The notes under the pieces are model-generated. The model saw nothing but the letters and a program-made list of their open reading frames with translations. It did not search any database and had not been told where the DNA came from. 58,937 nucleotides of DNA from an uncultured Tissierella sp. (GTDB lineage: Bacteria; Bacillota; Clostridia; Tissierellales; Tissierellaceae), in contig CAZHLF010000001.1 in NCBI GenBank assembly GCA_964532845.1, positions 2,109 through 61,045 of the forward strand. The letters are read 5' to 3'. The translations under genes and the position numbers were made by a program. Positions 19,456-28,685 of this stretch are shown one piece after another (position 1 is the stretch's first letter; every line of letters starts with the position of its first letter).

Positions 19456-19646
19456 AGATAAACCTCCTTTAAGTTTTATGAAGAGTTTGGCCACGTAATG
19501 CCTTTGATGAAATCCTTGATAACCATTATCATTAGTACTATATTTATCTCCTTAATTTAAGAGATTAAACAATTAATATTAATTCTTATGTATTAAATTC
19601 GAAATTCAAAACAAAATAAGATAAAGAATAAAATTGAGGTGATATT

Positions 19647-19850
19647 ATGTCTAAAAGATACAAAAATCCTAACGCAGCAAAAGCACTTGAGGAGTTGAAG
19701 ATGGAAATTGCTCAAGATTTAGGACTTGAAAACAACATAAATACTCCAAATGACCCAGTAAATAATATATTTACTGCAGGTCCTGTTGGGGGTTTGATGA
19801 CGAGAAGATTGGTGGAGATGGGAGAAGAAGAGCTAACTAAGAAGGATTAG
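19647..19850 (+). CDS. Alpha/beta-type small acid-soluble spore protein
   Basis: LEELKMEIAQDLG...GPVGGLMTRRLV; sigmaG-like GTATT-N17-CAAAATA upstream. Confidence 0.85.
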   Translation: MSKRYKNPNAAKALEELKMEIAQDLGLENNINTPNDPVNNIFTAGPVGGLMTRRLVEMGEEELTKKD

Positions 19851-19856
19851 AGAAGC

Positions 19857-19879
19857 CAGTATGAATATCATACTGGTTT
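19857..19879 (+). terminator. Terminator after SASP gene
   Basis: CCAGTATGA-ata-TCATACTGG-TTT. Confidence 0.6.
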
Positions 19880-19883
19880 ACTT

Positions 19884-19991
19884 ATGACCTAACCCGATTT
19901 GTGCATTTTACAAATCGATGGTAGGTCAGATGCAGTCTAGCTAAATCTATGTGAGTGAAACGAACAAATAGATTTGTGCTAAAAGACTGTA
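19884..19991 (+). repeat. Dispersed ~110-nt two-hairpin repeat, copy 2 of 3
   Basis: ATGACCTAACCCGATTTG...CAAATCGATGGTAGGTCAGATGCAGTC...GACTGTA. Confidence 0.85.
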
Positions 19992-20015
19992 CTATGAGAA
20001 TTAGGAGGGAAATAA

Positions 20016-20357
20016 TTGAGTCAATATCATGAACCAATAGAAAAGCTTGATGAAAAAGCACTTAACATATCAAGAGCATTAAATAGCTTAAAGGAAGAAA
20101 TTGAGGCTATTGACTGGTATAACCAAAGAGTTGTAGCTTCACAAGATCCAGAGCTTAAGGCAATTATGGCACATAATAGGGATGAGGAAATTGAGCACGC
20201 TGTTATGAGTTTAGAATGGCTAAGACGTAACATGGATAAGTGGGATGAAGAGTTTAGAAGTTATCTATTCACAGACAGAAAGATAACTGAACTTGAGAAT
20301 GTAGAAGTTAAAAAAGGAGAAACAGAAACAGGTTTAAACATTGGAGATTTAAAATAG
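20016..20357 (+). CDS. Encapsulin cargo ferritin-like protein (Flp/EncFtn) with C-terminal loading peptide
   Basis: SLKEEIEAIDWYNQR, HNRDEEIEH, LEWLRR; C-terminus GLNIGDLK; directly upstream of encapsulin. Confidence 0.9.
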   Translation: MSQYHEPIEKLDEKALNISRALNSLKEEIEAIDWYNQRVVASQDPELKAIMAHNRDEEIEHAVMSLEWLRRNMDKWDEEFRSYLFTDRKITELENVEVKKGETETGLNIGDLK

Positions 20358-20368
20358 GAGGTAGAATT

Positions 20369-21154
20369 ATGTTATATAGAAACTTAGCACCAGTATCAAA
20401 TGACGCTTGGAGTGAAATTGATAAGAGAGCCTCAGAAGTACTAAAAACATACCTCTCAGCCAGAAAAGCTGTTAAGGTAAATGGGCCTTTTGGAAAAGGT
20501 CATAATGTAATTACAGATGGTAGACTAACTAATATACAGAATAAAGATGGGGTAAACTTTGGAATCTATGAGGTTCAACCTTTAATTGAATCCAGAGTTG
20601 AATTTGAATTGGAAAGATGGGAACTGGATAATATTCAAAGAGGTGCTAAGAATATAGACTATGAACCTCTGGAAAATGCAATGAAGGAAATAGCTTTATT
20701 TGAGGATAATGTAATATTCTATGGTCTTGAAAGTGCTGGAATTAAAGGTCTAGAAGAGGTAAAAACAGCAAAGGATATCCCTTTTGGAAAGAGTCCTGAG
20801 GATATGATAGATTCAATTCTTAAAGGAACTATAGGGTTAAGAAATGCTTTCGTAGAACCACCATATACATTAATCGCAAACGATGAAATATATAGAAGGA
20901 TAATATTGGCAGATAAAGCATATCCACTAGTGAAAACACTATTAAAATTAATTGGAGGACAAATAATCTATAGTCATACAGTTAATGGTGCTTATCTGTT
21001 GCCATTTAACAATGAAAATCTTGAGTTGACTATTGGAAATGACCTTTCAATAGGATATCAAGCACATACACCACAAAAGGTTAGATTCTTTGTTACTGAA
21101 TCCTTTGCTTTTAGAGTATTTGATACAAGTTTAATTATTAAGTTTACAGTATAA
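20369..21154 (+). CDS. Family 1 encapsulin shell protein (linocin M18 family)
   Basis: MLYRNLAPVSNDAWSEID, LSARKAV..GPFG, ELTIGNDLSIGY, ESFAFRV; 261 aa. Confidence 0.92.
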   Translation: MLYRNLAPVSNDAWSEIDKRASEVLKTYLSARKAVKVNGPFGKGHNVITDGRLTNIQNKDGVNFGIYEVQPLIESRVEFELERWELDNIQRGAKNIDYEPLENAMKEIALFEDNVIFYGLESAGIKGLEEVKTAKDIPFGKSPEDMIDSILKGTIGLRNAFVEPPYTLIANDEIYRRIILADKAYPLVKTLLKLIGGQIIYSHTVNGAYLLPFNNENLELTIGNDLSIGYQAHTPQKVRFFVTESFAFRVFDTSLIIKFTV

Positions 21155-21318
21155 TTAAATAATAATTGGAAAACAACTCATAATTTACAAATTAATTTTT
21201 GAATAATAAATTCTGTTCCTGAAATAATAATATTGAGGATAAATATTTGTCCTTATAAAAAGTTGGTTTGTCTAGAGTTACAATTTTTAATTAAGAATTG
21301 CAGCATAAGGAGATTAGA

Positions 21319-21555
21319 ATGAGTAATAATAAACCAAAACCAGATGACAGAAGTGACAATGTTGAAAGGATTCAATACAATATCAATCATACTATTTCCA
21401 ATTTCAGGGAAACGGAAGAGTTGATCGATAAAGTTGATGATCCTGAGGAGAGAAGGGCACTAGAGGAAAAGAATCAGAGAAGAGAACAAGCACTTTCAGG
21501 TATGAGAAGAGAAATTAAAGATGAAGCAATAGCTAAGGAAAAAGGTTACAAGTAA
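21319..21555 (+). CDS. tlp: Small acid-soluble spore protein Tlp
   Basis: KPKPDDRSDNVERIQ...KNQRRE...EIKDE. Confidence 0.9.
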   Translation: MSNNKPKPDDRSDNVERIQYNINHTISNFRETEELIDKVDDPEERRALEEKNQRREQALSGMRREIKDEAIAKEKGYK

Positions 21556-21585
21556 AATAGGTTACAAATAGTCGAATGAATGAAC

Positions 21586-21640
21586 GGGGTCAGGCTAGAA
21601 ATATTTCCTTTCAGTAAGGATATATTTCTAGCCTGACCTC
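21586..21640. repeat. Long palindrome GGGGTCAGGCTAGAAATAT...ATATTTCTAGCCTGACCTC (REP-like or terminator)
   Basis: 19-bp near-perfect inverted repeat. Confidence 0.6.
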
Positions 21641-21769
21641 ATTTCACTAGTGATGAAATAAGAACACAATGAATTCCAATTGTTAATTTTTATGTTCTAA
21701 CAAAGGATGTATCTATGGTATAATAATATATGAAAACGATTGCTATATCTTTTAAAGGGGTCGATATTA

Positions 21770-22075
21770 TTGCGTATAGAAGAGCATCCAATTTTAAAAT
21801 TTGAAAGAGGAAATAAGCTCCATTTTACCTTCAATGGTATATCAATGGAGGGCTATGAAGGCGAAAGTATTGCTGCAGCCTTGCATGCAGCAGGAGTTAT
21901 GGTCTTAGGAGAAAGTCTTTTTAAACATAGACCAAGAGGTTTTTATTGTGCAATAGGTAATTGTTCATCATGCTTAATGGTAGTAAATGGAGAACCTAAT
22001 GTACGAACCTGTATAACTGATCTGGAGGAAGGAATGATTGTAGAAATCCAGCAAGGGAAGGGGACTATAATATGA
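21770..22075 (+). CDS. 2Fe-2S subunit (sarcosine oxidase alpha N-terminal / HcnA-like)
   Basis: GESIAAAL, RPRGFYCAIGNCSSC, NVRTC; likely TTG start 21770. Confidence 0.85.
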   Translation: MRIEEHPILKFERGNKLHFTFNGISMEGYEGESIAAALHAAGVMVLGESLFKHRPRGFYCAIGNCSSCLMVVNGEPNVRTCITDLEEGMIVEIQQGKGTII

Positions 22076-23607
22076 AGTATGTAGATTTAGTAGTTATAGG
22101 AGGAGGACCTGCTGGACTTTGTGCTACCATAAGTGCTGCATCCAGTGGAGCAAATGTACTAGTACTTGAAAGAAGTAAGAAACTTGGTGGTCAACTTATA
22201 AAGCAAACCCATATGTTCTTTGGCTCTGAAAAACAGCATGCATCAACTAGAGGATTTGACATAGCAAATTTATTGTTAAAAGAAATTGAAAAATACAATG
22301 ATAGAATAGAAATATTAACTGATACCACAGTGCTGGGGCTCTATGAAGATGGAGTAATTACAGCAGAAAGTAAAGGTCAGTACATAAAAATAAAACCCAA
22401 AGCTATAATAATGGCAACAGGTGCAAGTGAAAAGGCATTAGCTTTTCCAAACAATGACCTGCCTGGGATATATGGAGCAGGAGCAGTTCAAACATTGATG
22501 AACGTATATGGTGTAACACCAGGGAAAAGAGCGTTAATGGTTGGAGCTGGAAATATAGGTCTTATAATTGCATATCAGCTAATGCAGGCAGGTGTAGATG
22601 TAGCAGCTATAATTCACCACTCACCAAGAATCGGTGGATATCACGTTCATGCCTCCAAGATAATGCGTATGGGAGTGCCTTTACTATTAAATCATGAAAT
22701 AAAGGAAGCTAGGGGCAAGGATGCAGTAGAAAGCGTAGTAATTCATGAATTGGATAGAGCTCACAATCCAATTCCAGGGTCTGAAAAAGAATTAGATGTT
22801 GATACAATCTGTATCTCAGTTGGACTATCGCCATTGGTAGAGCTTTTAGGTCAGGCTGGATGTGAAATGAAATATGTTAGGGAATTAAGTGGTCTTGTAC
22901 CTGTAATAGATGAAAAATATGAAACAAGTGTTAAGGGCATATTTGTAGCTGGAGATACAGCAGGTGTTGAGGAAGCAAGTATGGCTATGGTTGAAGGTTA
23001 TATTGCAGGACTTTATGCTGCAGATAGTATAGGTTTTAGGCATCCAGATTTTGAAACCTTAGTTGAAGATTATAAAGCCCAGCTTTTTGATTTAAGAAAG
23101 ATTATGACAAGAGATAAGGAAATGAGAATGGACCTTCCTTCTCTTGAAAAATTTAAAAACAACTTCCCAAGTGTGGAAAGACTAAAGATGGGTCCTGTTG
23201 CAATTATAGAATGCTTCCAGGAGATTCCATGCAATCCTTGTACAATAGCTTGTAAACGTGGAGCCATTACCATGAGTGAGGATATCAATGATTTGCCAAA
23301 CCTTAATGAGGATAGATGCAATGGCTGCAGCATATGTATCAGCAAATGTCCAGGTCTTGCCATTATGGTCGTTGATTATACCTACTCTGAGGATGAGGTT
23401 TTGTTTAAAATACCATATGAATTTGTACCTCTCCCAAAAGAAGGGGATATAGTTCAGGGACTAGATAGATTTGGTAAGTATTTGACTCAAGCTAAAGTAG
23501 TTAAGATTTTAAATCCAAGTTCATTTGACAAGACTCCTTTAGTGGGAGTATCAGTTAATAAGGATTATCTATATGACTTCAGAAACATAAGATTGGAGGC
23601 TCATTAA
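22072..23607 (+). CDS. NAD(P)/FAD-dependent oxidoreductase fused to C-terminal 4Fe-4S ferredoxin domain
   Basis: GGGPAG, ATGASE, GAGNIG, AGD; C-terminal IPCNPC...C and CNGCSICISKCP. Confidence 0.85.
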   Translation: MKYVDLVVIGGGPAGLCATISAASSGANVLVLERSKKLGGQLIKQTHMFFGSEKQHASTRGFDIANLLLKEIEKYNDRIEILTDTTVLGLYEDGVITAESKGQYIKIKPKAIIMATGASEKALAFPNNDLPGIYGAGAVQTLMNVYGVTPGKRALMVGAGNIGLIIAYQLMQAGVDVAAIIHHSPRIGGYHVHASKIMRMGVPLLLNHEIKEARGKDAVESVVIHELDRAHNPIPGSEKELDVDTICISVGLSPLVELLGQAGCEMKYVRELSGLVPVIDEKYETSVKGIFVAGDTAGVEEASMAMVEGYIAGLYAADSIGFRHPDFETLVEDYKAQLFDLRKIMTRDKEMRMDLPSLEKFKNNFPSVERLKMGPVAIIECFQEIPCNPCTIACKRGAITMSEDINDLPNLNEDRCNGCSICISKCPGLAIMVVDYTYSEDEVLFKIPYEFVPLPKEGDIVQGLDRFGKYLTQAKVVKILNPSSFDKTPLVGVSVNKDYLYDFRNIRLEAH

Positions 23608-23608
23608 T

Positions 23609-23896
23609 ATGGATGATAATACAATAATCTGTAGATGCAGCGATCTTACACTAAAGGAGATTCGTGAATTGATTCGAAATGGATATACATCTGTTGAAGA
23701 GATAAAAAGGGTTTCCAGGGCAGGAATGGGACCTTGTCAGGGAAGAACCTGTGGTTCTTTAATATTAAGGGAAATTGCAGCATTTCAGGGTGTAGATATT
23801 TCTGAACTAAAGGTCTCAACTAGTAGGCCCGTAGTAAAAGGAATTATGTTGGGACAAATAGCATCAGGAACTTCAGGGGGTGATTTCCATGATTAG
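23609..23896 (+). CDS. BFD-like [2Fe-2S] protein
   Basis: ICRCSD...GMGPCQGRTC...RP. Confidence 0.9.
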   Translation: MDDNTIICRCSDLTLKEIRELIRNGYTSVEEIKRVSRAGMGPCQGRTCGSLILREIAAFQGVDISELKVSTSRPVVKGIMLGQIASGTSGGDFHD

Positions 23897-25037
23897 AACC
23901 GCTGAAGCTGTGATAATAGGTGGAGGAATCTCTGGAGTTGCCATAGCTTATAATCTAGCTAAAAAGGGAATGAAAAATATAGTTGTTATTGAAAAGGAAT
24001 ATCTTGCCAGCGGAGCTACAGGCCGCTGCGGAGCTGGAGTTAGGCAACAGTGGGGAACTGAAATGAACTGTAAAATTGCTATGTCCAGCATTAAATTCTT
24101 CGAAACAGCCAATGAAGAATTAGAATATGATGGAGATATAGAATTTAAACAAGGGGGATACCTAATAGTTGCATCAACCCCTAAAGAGGATGAGCAGTTT
24201 AAGAAAAATGTAGCCCTTCAAAGAAGCCTTGGTCTTGATGTAGAATTTATGAAGGCTGAAGAAGCAAAACGTATAGTACCCTATTTAAATACTGAAAAAC
24301 TTACTACAGCAACCTTTTGTCCTACAGATGGATTCTTAAATCCTTTCCTTACAACAGATGCTTATGCAAAAGCAGCCAAGAGGCTTGGTGTTGAGATATA
24401 TACCTATACAGAAGTTCTGGGAATCAAGGTAGAGAATGGAAAAGTAAAAGGTGTATTAACTGATAAAGGAGAAATTTCAACAAATGTAGTTGTTAATGCT
24501 GCAGGTGGCTGGTCCAAGCAAATAGCTGAAATGGTAAATGTAGATATACCAGTTTACTCTGAAAGACATCAAATTTTAGTAACTGAGCAGGTTGAGCCAA
24601 TGTTAGGGCCTATGGTTATGTCCTTCTCCTTAAACCTTTATTGTCAGCAAAGTCCTAATGGTTCCTTCATTATGGGTAGAGGGGATGCAAATGAGCCTAG
24701 AGATTTAAGGATGACATCCAGTTGGCACTTCTTAGAGGAAATGGCAAAGACAATTACTGAAATTCTTCCTCCTATAGGGAAGATAAGGGTCATTAGACAA
24801 TGGGCAGGTTTATATAATATGACTCCTGATAGACAACCTATCTATGGTACTGTAAAAGATGTGGAGGGATTCTATCTGGCAGTAGGATATAGCGGACATG
24901 GATTTATGTTTGGTCCGATGACTGGATTATTAATGGCTGAACAGATCCTTGGAGAGAAAAATACCATAGATATTAGTACATTAAGTCTTGAACGATTTGA
25001 GAAAAATCAACTGGTTTATGAGCCATCAGTTGTATAG
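23889..25037 (+). CDS. FAD-dependent oxidoreductase, DAO / sarcosine oxidase beta / proline dehydrogenase beta family
   Basis: IIGGGISG, GATGRCGAG, WAGLY.MTPD..P, SGHGFM. Confidence 0.88.
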   Translation: MIRTAEAVIIGGGISGVAIAYNLAKKGMKNIVVIEKEYLASGATGRCGAGVRQQWGTEMNCKIAMSSIKFFETANEELEYDGDIEFKQGGYLIVASTPKEDEQFKKNVALQRSLGLDVEFMKAEEAKRIVPYLNTEKLTTATFCPTDGFLNPFLTTDAYAKAAKRLGVEIYTYTEVLGIKVENGKVKGVLTDKGEISTNVVVNAAGGWSKQIAEMVNVDIPVYSERHQILVTEQVEPMLGPMVMSFSLNLYCQQSPNGSFIMGRGDANEPRDLRMTSSWHFLEEMAKTITEILPPIGKIRVIRQWAGLYNMTPDRQPIYGTVKDVEGFYLAVGYSGHGFMFGPMTGLLMAEQILGEKNTIDISTLSLERFEKNQLVYEPSVV

Positions 25038-25039
25038 AT

Positions 25040-25067
25040 AAGGAGGCCTTTGGCCTCCTTTGTTTTT
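25040..25067 (+). terminator. Intrinsic terminator
   Basis: AAGGAGGCC-ttt-GGCCTCCTT + T-rich tail. Confidence 0.75.
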
Positions 25068-25146
25068 CTTTAGACTTAAAATTTATATGGATTACTTTGG
25101 GTATATATTGTAAAATGTTCTTATGAACACATACGGGGGTGGGGTA

Positions 25147-25842
25147 ATGTTTGCCATGGATGTTTCTTTTCCAATAGCCTTTGGGGCAGGATTTTTGTCC
25201 TTTTTTTCACCATGTATTTTACCTATGATACCTTGCTATATAATGTATATTACAGGGACTGCCAGTGAGACAGAAATAGGGAACAGAAGATTATTTGCTC
25301 TTATAAGAACCTTATCCTTTGTATTAGGATTTACAATTGTATTTATGATAATGGGTTCCTCTGCTACTTTAATTGGTAAGTTATTCACTAATAATAAAGA
25401 GTTATTCTCAAAGATTAGCGGATTGTTAATAATAGTTTTTGGATTAAACCTAATGGGTATCATTAAACTAAGATTCTTAAACATGAATAAGAGATTATCA
25501 ATGCCAAAAAAGGTGGGTAGCTGGTTTAGCTCCATGGTAGTTGGAATGGCTTTTGCTGCAGGATGGACCCCTTGTTTTGGTCCAGTATTGGCATCGATTC
25601 TTATTTATGCTGGAGGAGCAGATACAGTTTCTAAGGGGATAATTCTACTTTTAATTTATTCCATAGGAATGGCTGTGCCATTTATCCTGACAGCACTTTT
25701 TATAAATCTATTTGATAAATTTCTTGCTAGAACAGATGGATGGATGAAATATTTGCCTATTATTAGTGGTGGTATAATGGTAATCTTTGGACTTTTGGTA
25801 TTTTTCAATAAGGTAATTAATATTAGCAGATTACTGATCTAG
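25147..25842 (+). CDS. ccdA: Cytochrome c biogenesis / thiol-disulfide transporter CcdA
   Basis: SFFSPCILP and GWTPCFGP; 6 TM. Confidence 0.9.
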   Translation: MFAMDVSFPIAFGAGFLSFFSPCILPMIPCYIMYITGTASETEIGNRRLFALIRTLSFVLGFTIVFMIMGSSATLIGKLFTNNKELFSKISGLLIIVFGLNLMGIIKLRFLNMNKRLSMPKKVGSWFSSMVVGMAFAAGWTPCFGPVLASILIYAGGADTVSKGIILLLIYSIGMAVPFILTALFINLFDKFLARTDGWMKYLPIISGGIMVIFGLLVFFNKVINISRLLI

Positions 25843-25845
25843 GGA

Positions 25846-26472
25846 GTGATTATTATAGGAAAGGTTTTATTTATTTTATTGTTAGTGGTTGCTGTAGTCG
25901 TTGGTGGTCTATTTATATTGAAGAATATGAGAGAAAATGAAGATGTTGTTGAAACTCCTGTACCATCTGAAGAGGTTGTAAAAGAAGTAGAAAAATCAAC
26001 AGTGCCTTTAGATGATGTTAAAGAACAACCAAATACTGAGAATACTGAACCAAAGGAAAAAGAATTTAAAGAAGCTCCAGATTTCTCTTTGAAAGATCTT
26101 TCTGGAGAAGAAGTATCTTTATCAGACTATAGAGGGAAGATTGTTCTTGTAAATTTCTGGGCTACCTGGTGTGGATATTGTAATGTTGAAATGCCAGATT
26201 TTCAGAAAGTTCAAGATGAAAACGAGGATGTTGTAGTCTTAGCCGTTAACGTAATGGAAGAAGAATCCATCGTTAATGATTATATCAAAGAAGGTGGATA
26301 TAATTTTCAAGTAGTTCTGGATAAAGAAGGAACAGTTGCTAAAACATATTTAATCAATGCCTTTCCAACTACCTATGTAGTTGATGAAGAAGGAATGCTT
26401 CTTGGTGGTGTAAGAGGGATGGTAACTTATGACCAATTGAATCAAATTTTAGCAGATGTTAGAAATAACTAG
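25846..26472 (+). CDS. Membrane-anchored TlpA/ResA thioredoxin-like protein
   Basis: NFWATWCGYC, N-terminal TM, acidic linker. Confidence 0.9.
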   Translation: MIIIGKVLFILLLVVAVVVGGLFILKNMRENEDVVETPVPSEEVVKEVEKSTVPLDDVKEQPNTENTEPKEKEFKEAPDFSLKDLSGEEVSLSDYRGKIVLVNFWATWCGYCNVEMPDFQKVQDENEDVVVLAVNVMEEESIVNDYIKEGGYNFQVVLDKEGTVAKTYLINAFPTTYVVDEEGMLLGGVRGMVTYDQLNQILADVRNN

Positions 26473-26477
26473 ATAAA

Positions 26478-26516
26478 GAAATCCTAGGATCCTTTAAAAG
26501 GGTCCTAGGATTTTTT
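26478..26516. terminator. Bidirectional terminator
   Basis: AAATCCTAGGATCCTTT...AAAGGGTCCTAGGATTTTT. Confidence 0.7.
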
Positions 26517-27610
26517 TAAACATTAAATCTAAAGTGTACTACGTCTCCATCCTTCATTTCATACTCTTTTCCTTCAACACGAAGTATGCCTTTTTCCTTA
26601 GCGGCTGCCATACTACCACCTACAGACATTAAATCTTCATAGGCAATAATTTCTGCACGGATAAAGCCTCTTTCAATATCTGAGTGAATCTTACCAGCTG
26701 CTTGAGGTGCAAGAGTTCCTCTTTTTATAGTCCAGGCTCTGGTTTCAATTTCTCCTGTAGTGATAAAGCTAATTAGACCAAGTAAATGGTAAGATGCCTT
26801 AACTAGTTTATCTAAACCAGAATTTTCAAGTCCTAAATCTGCCAAGAATTCTTCTCTTTCAGCAGGGTCAAGTTGTGAAATTTCGTCCTCAATATTTGCA
26901 CTGATTGCTATGGCTTCAGCACCTTCTGATGCAGCAAACTCCTTTACTATTTCTACATATTTGTTAGTGGAGTTATTAGCAACATCATCTTCAGAGATAT
27001 TTGCTACATAGATTATTGGTTTAGAACTTAAAAGGTCAAAGGATGCCATTATTGCAGCTTCTTCATCAGTAAGTTCCAATGTTCTAATGGATTTTCCATC
27101 TTCTAAAGTCTTCATAGCTTTTTCAACTAATTCCAACTCTAAAGCCAATGTCTTATCTGACTTTGCAGCCTTCTTAGTCTTCTCTTGACGTCTTTCTAAA
27201 AGCTCCATATCAGAAAGCATAAGTTCAATATTAATTGTGTCTATATCTCTAAGGGGATCAATTGCTCCATCTACGTGAACTACGTCAGGATTTTCAAAAC
27301 ATCTTACAACATGTACAATTGCATCTACCGAACGAATATGTCCTAGAAACTTGTTTCCAAGACCTTCACCTTTACTTGCACCTTTTACAAGTCCAGCAAT
27401 ATCATAGAATTCAATCGCTGTAGGTACAATTTTCTTGGATTTTGATATCTCACTAAGTTTGTTTAGTCTTTCATCAGGTACTGCTACTACCCCAACATTT
27501 GGTTCAATAGTACAGAATGGATAGTTTGCTGACTCAGCTCCAGCCTGAGTTATAGCATTAAATAATGTACTCTTTCCTACATTAGGTAGGCCTACTATTC
27601 CTAATTTCAT
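26516..27610 (-). CDS. ychF: Redox-regulated ATPase YchF
   Basis: [28 protein letters not shown] domain. Confidence 0.97.
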   Translation of the reverse strand: MKLGIVGLPNVGKSTLFNAITQAGAESANYPFCTIEPNVGVVAVPDERLNKLSEISKSKKIVPTAIEFYDIAGLVKGASKGEGLGNKFLGHIRSVDAIVHVVRCFENPDVVHVDGAIDPLRDIDTINIELMLSDMELLERRQEKTKKAAKSDKTLALELELVEKAMKTLEDGKSIRTLELTDEEAAIMASFDLLSSKPIIYVANISEDDVANNSTNKYVEIVKEFAASEGAEAIAISANIEDEISQLDPAEREEFLADLGLENSGLDKLVKASYHLLGLISFITTGEIETRAWTIKRGTLAPQAAGKIHSDIERGFIRAEIIAYEDLMSVGGSMAAAKEKGILRVEGKEYEMKDGDVVHFRFNV

Positions 27611-27793
27611 TTAAAATAACTCCTTCTATATATCTTATCTTTTCTCAAGCAAAATAATATTCAATATATAATTATATCCTACATTTTAAGCAAGTGCAAT
27701 GATATTTGCTTTTTAACTATTTCTTCTTACACCTTAAACTTGTATTAGTTCATCAAGTATTATAAAATAAACTTTAATAGTAATTTAATTGGA

Positions 27794-28684
27794 GTGATAT
27801 TTTTGGAAGATAAAAAAAGTTCAATTGCAGGTGAGGGTTGTGAAATACTGGTGCCCTTTAACGATAGGAAGGAACTTAAAGATATAGAGAGAAGTATAAT
27901 TAAAACATATAGAAAGCATATCTGGGGCAAGTTCATAAAAGCTATTAAGGAATATGATCTAATCCAAGAAGGAGATAAGATAGCTGTAGCAATTTCTGGA
28001 GGTAAGGATAGTCTTTTAATGGCTAAATTATTTCAGGAATTATATAAAAATGGGAATAGAAACTTCCAAGTTGAATATATTGCAATGGACCCTGGATATC
28101 ATCCTGACATAAGAAAGCTATTAGAGGAAAATTGTGAGTATCTTCAAATTCCAGTTCAGATTTATGATGCTGATATCTTTAAAGTTGCAGATAAAATAGC
28201 AAGTGATTATCCGTGTTATATGTGTGCTAGGATGAGAAGGGGAGCTCTTTATGGGAAAGCAAAGGAACTGGGCTGCAACAAGTTAGCTTTGGGACATCAT
28301 TTTAACGATGTTATTGAAACAACCATGCTAAATGTCTTATGTGCAGGAAGCTTTAAAACCATGATGCCAAAACTAAAAGCGAAGAACTTTGAAGATATGG
28401 AGCTTATCAGACCTCTTTATCTTATTGAAGAGATGTATATACAAAGATTTATTCAAAATAGTGGAATCTGGCCACTAAATTGTGCTTGTATGGTTGCAGC
28501 AAAGAAAATAGGAAACAAGAGATATGAAATAAAGGCTTTAATTGAAGACTTGAAGAAAAACTTTAAGAATGTGGATATGTCCATATTTAGAGCGGCAGAA
28601 AATGTAAGTATGGATACTGTATTGGGTTGGGAAAAGGATGGAATTAAATATTCATTTTTAGACGAGTATGATGAGGGGGAATAA
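27794..28684 (+). CDS. ttcA: tRNA 2-thiocytidine biosynthesis TtcA family protein
   Basis: SGGKDS PP-loop, PCYMCARMRRG, GHHFND, IRPL. Confidence 0.8.
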   Translation: MIFLEDKKSSIAGEGCEILVPFNDRKELKDIERSIIKTYRKHIWGKFIKAIKEYDLIQEGDKIAVAISGGKDSLLMAKLFQELYKNGNRNFQVEYIAMDPGYHPDIRKLLEENCEYLQIPVQIYDADIFKVADKIASDYPCYMCARMRRGALYGKAKELGCNKLALGHHFNDVIETTMLNVLCAGSFKTMMPKLKAKNFEDMELIRPLYLIEEMYIQRFIQNSGIWPLNCACMVAAKKIGNKRYEIKALIEDLKKNFKNVDMSIFRAAENVSMDTVLGWEKDGIKYSFLDEYDEGE

Positions 28685-28685
28685 A

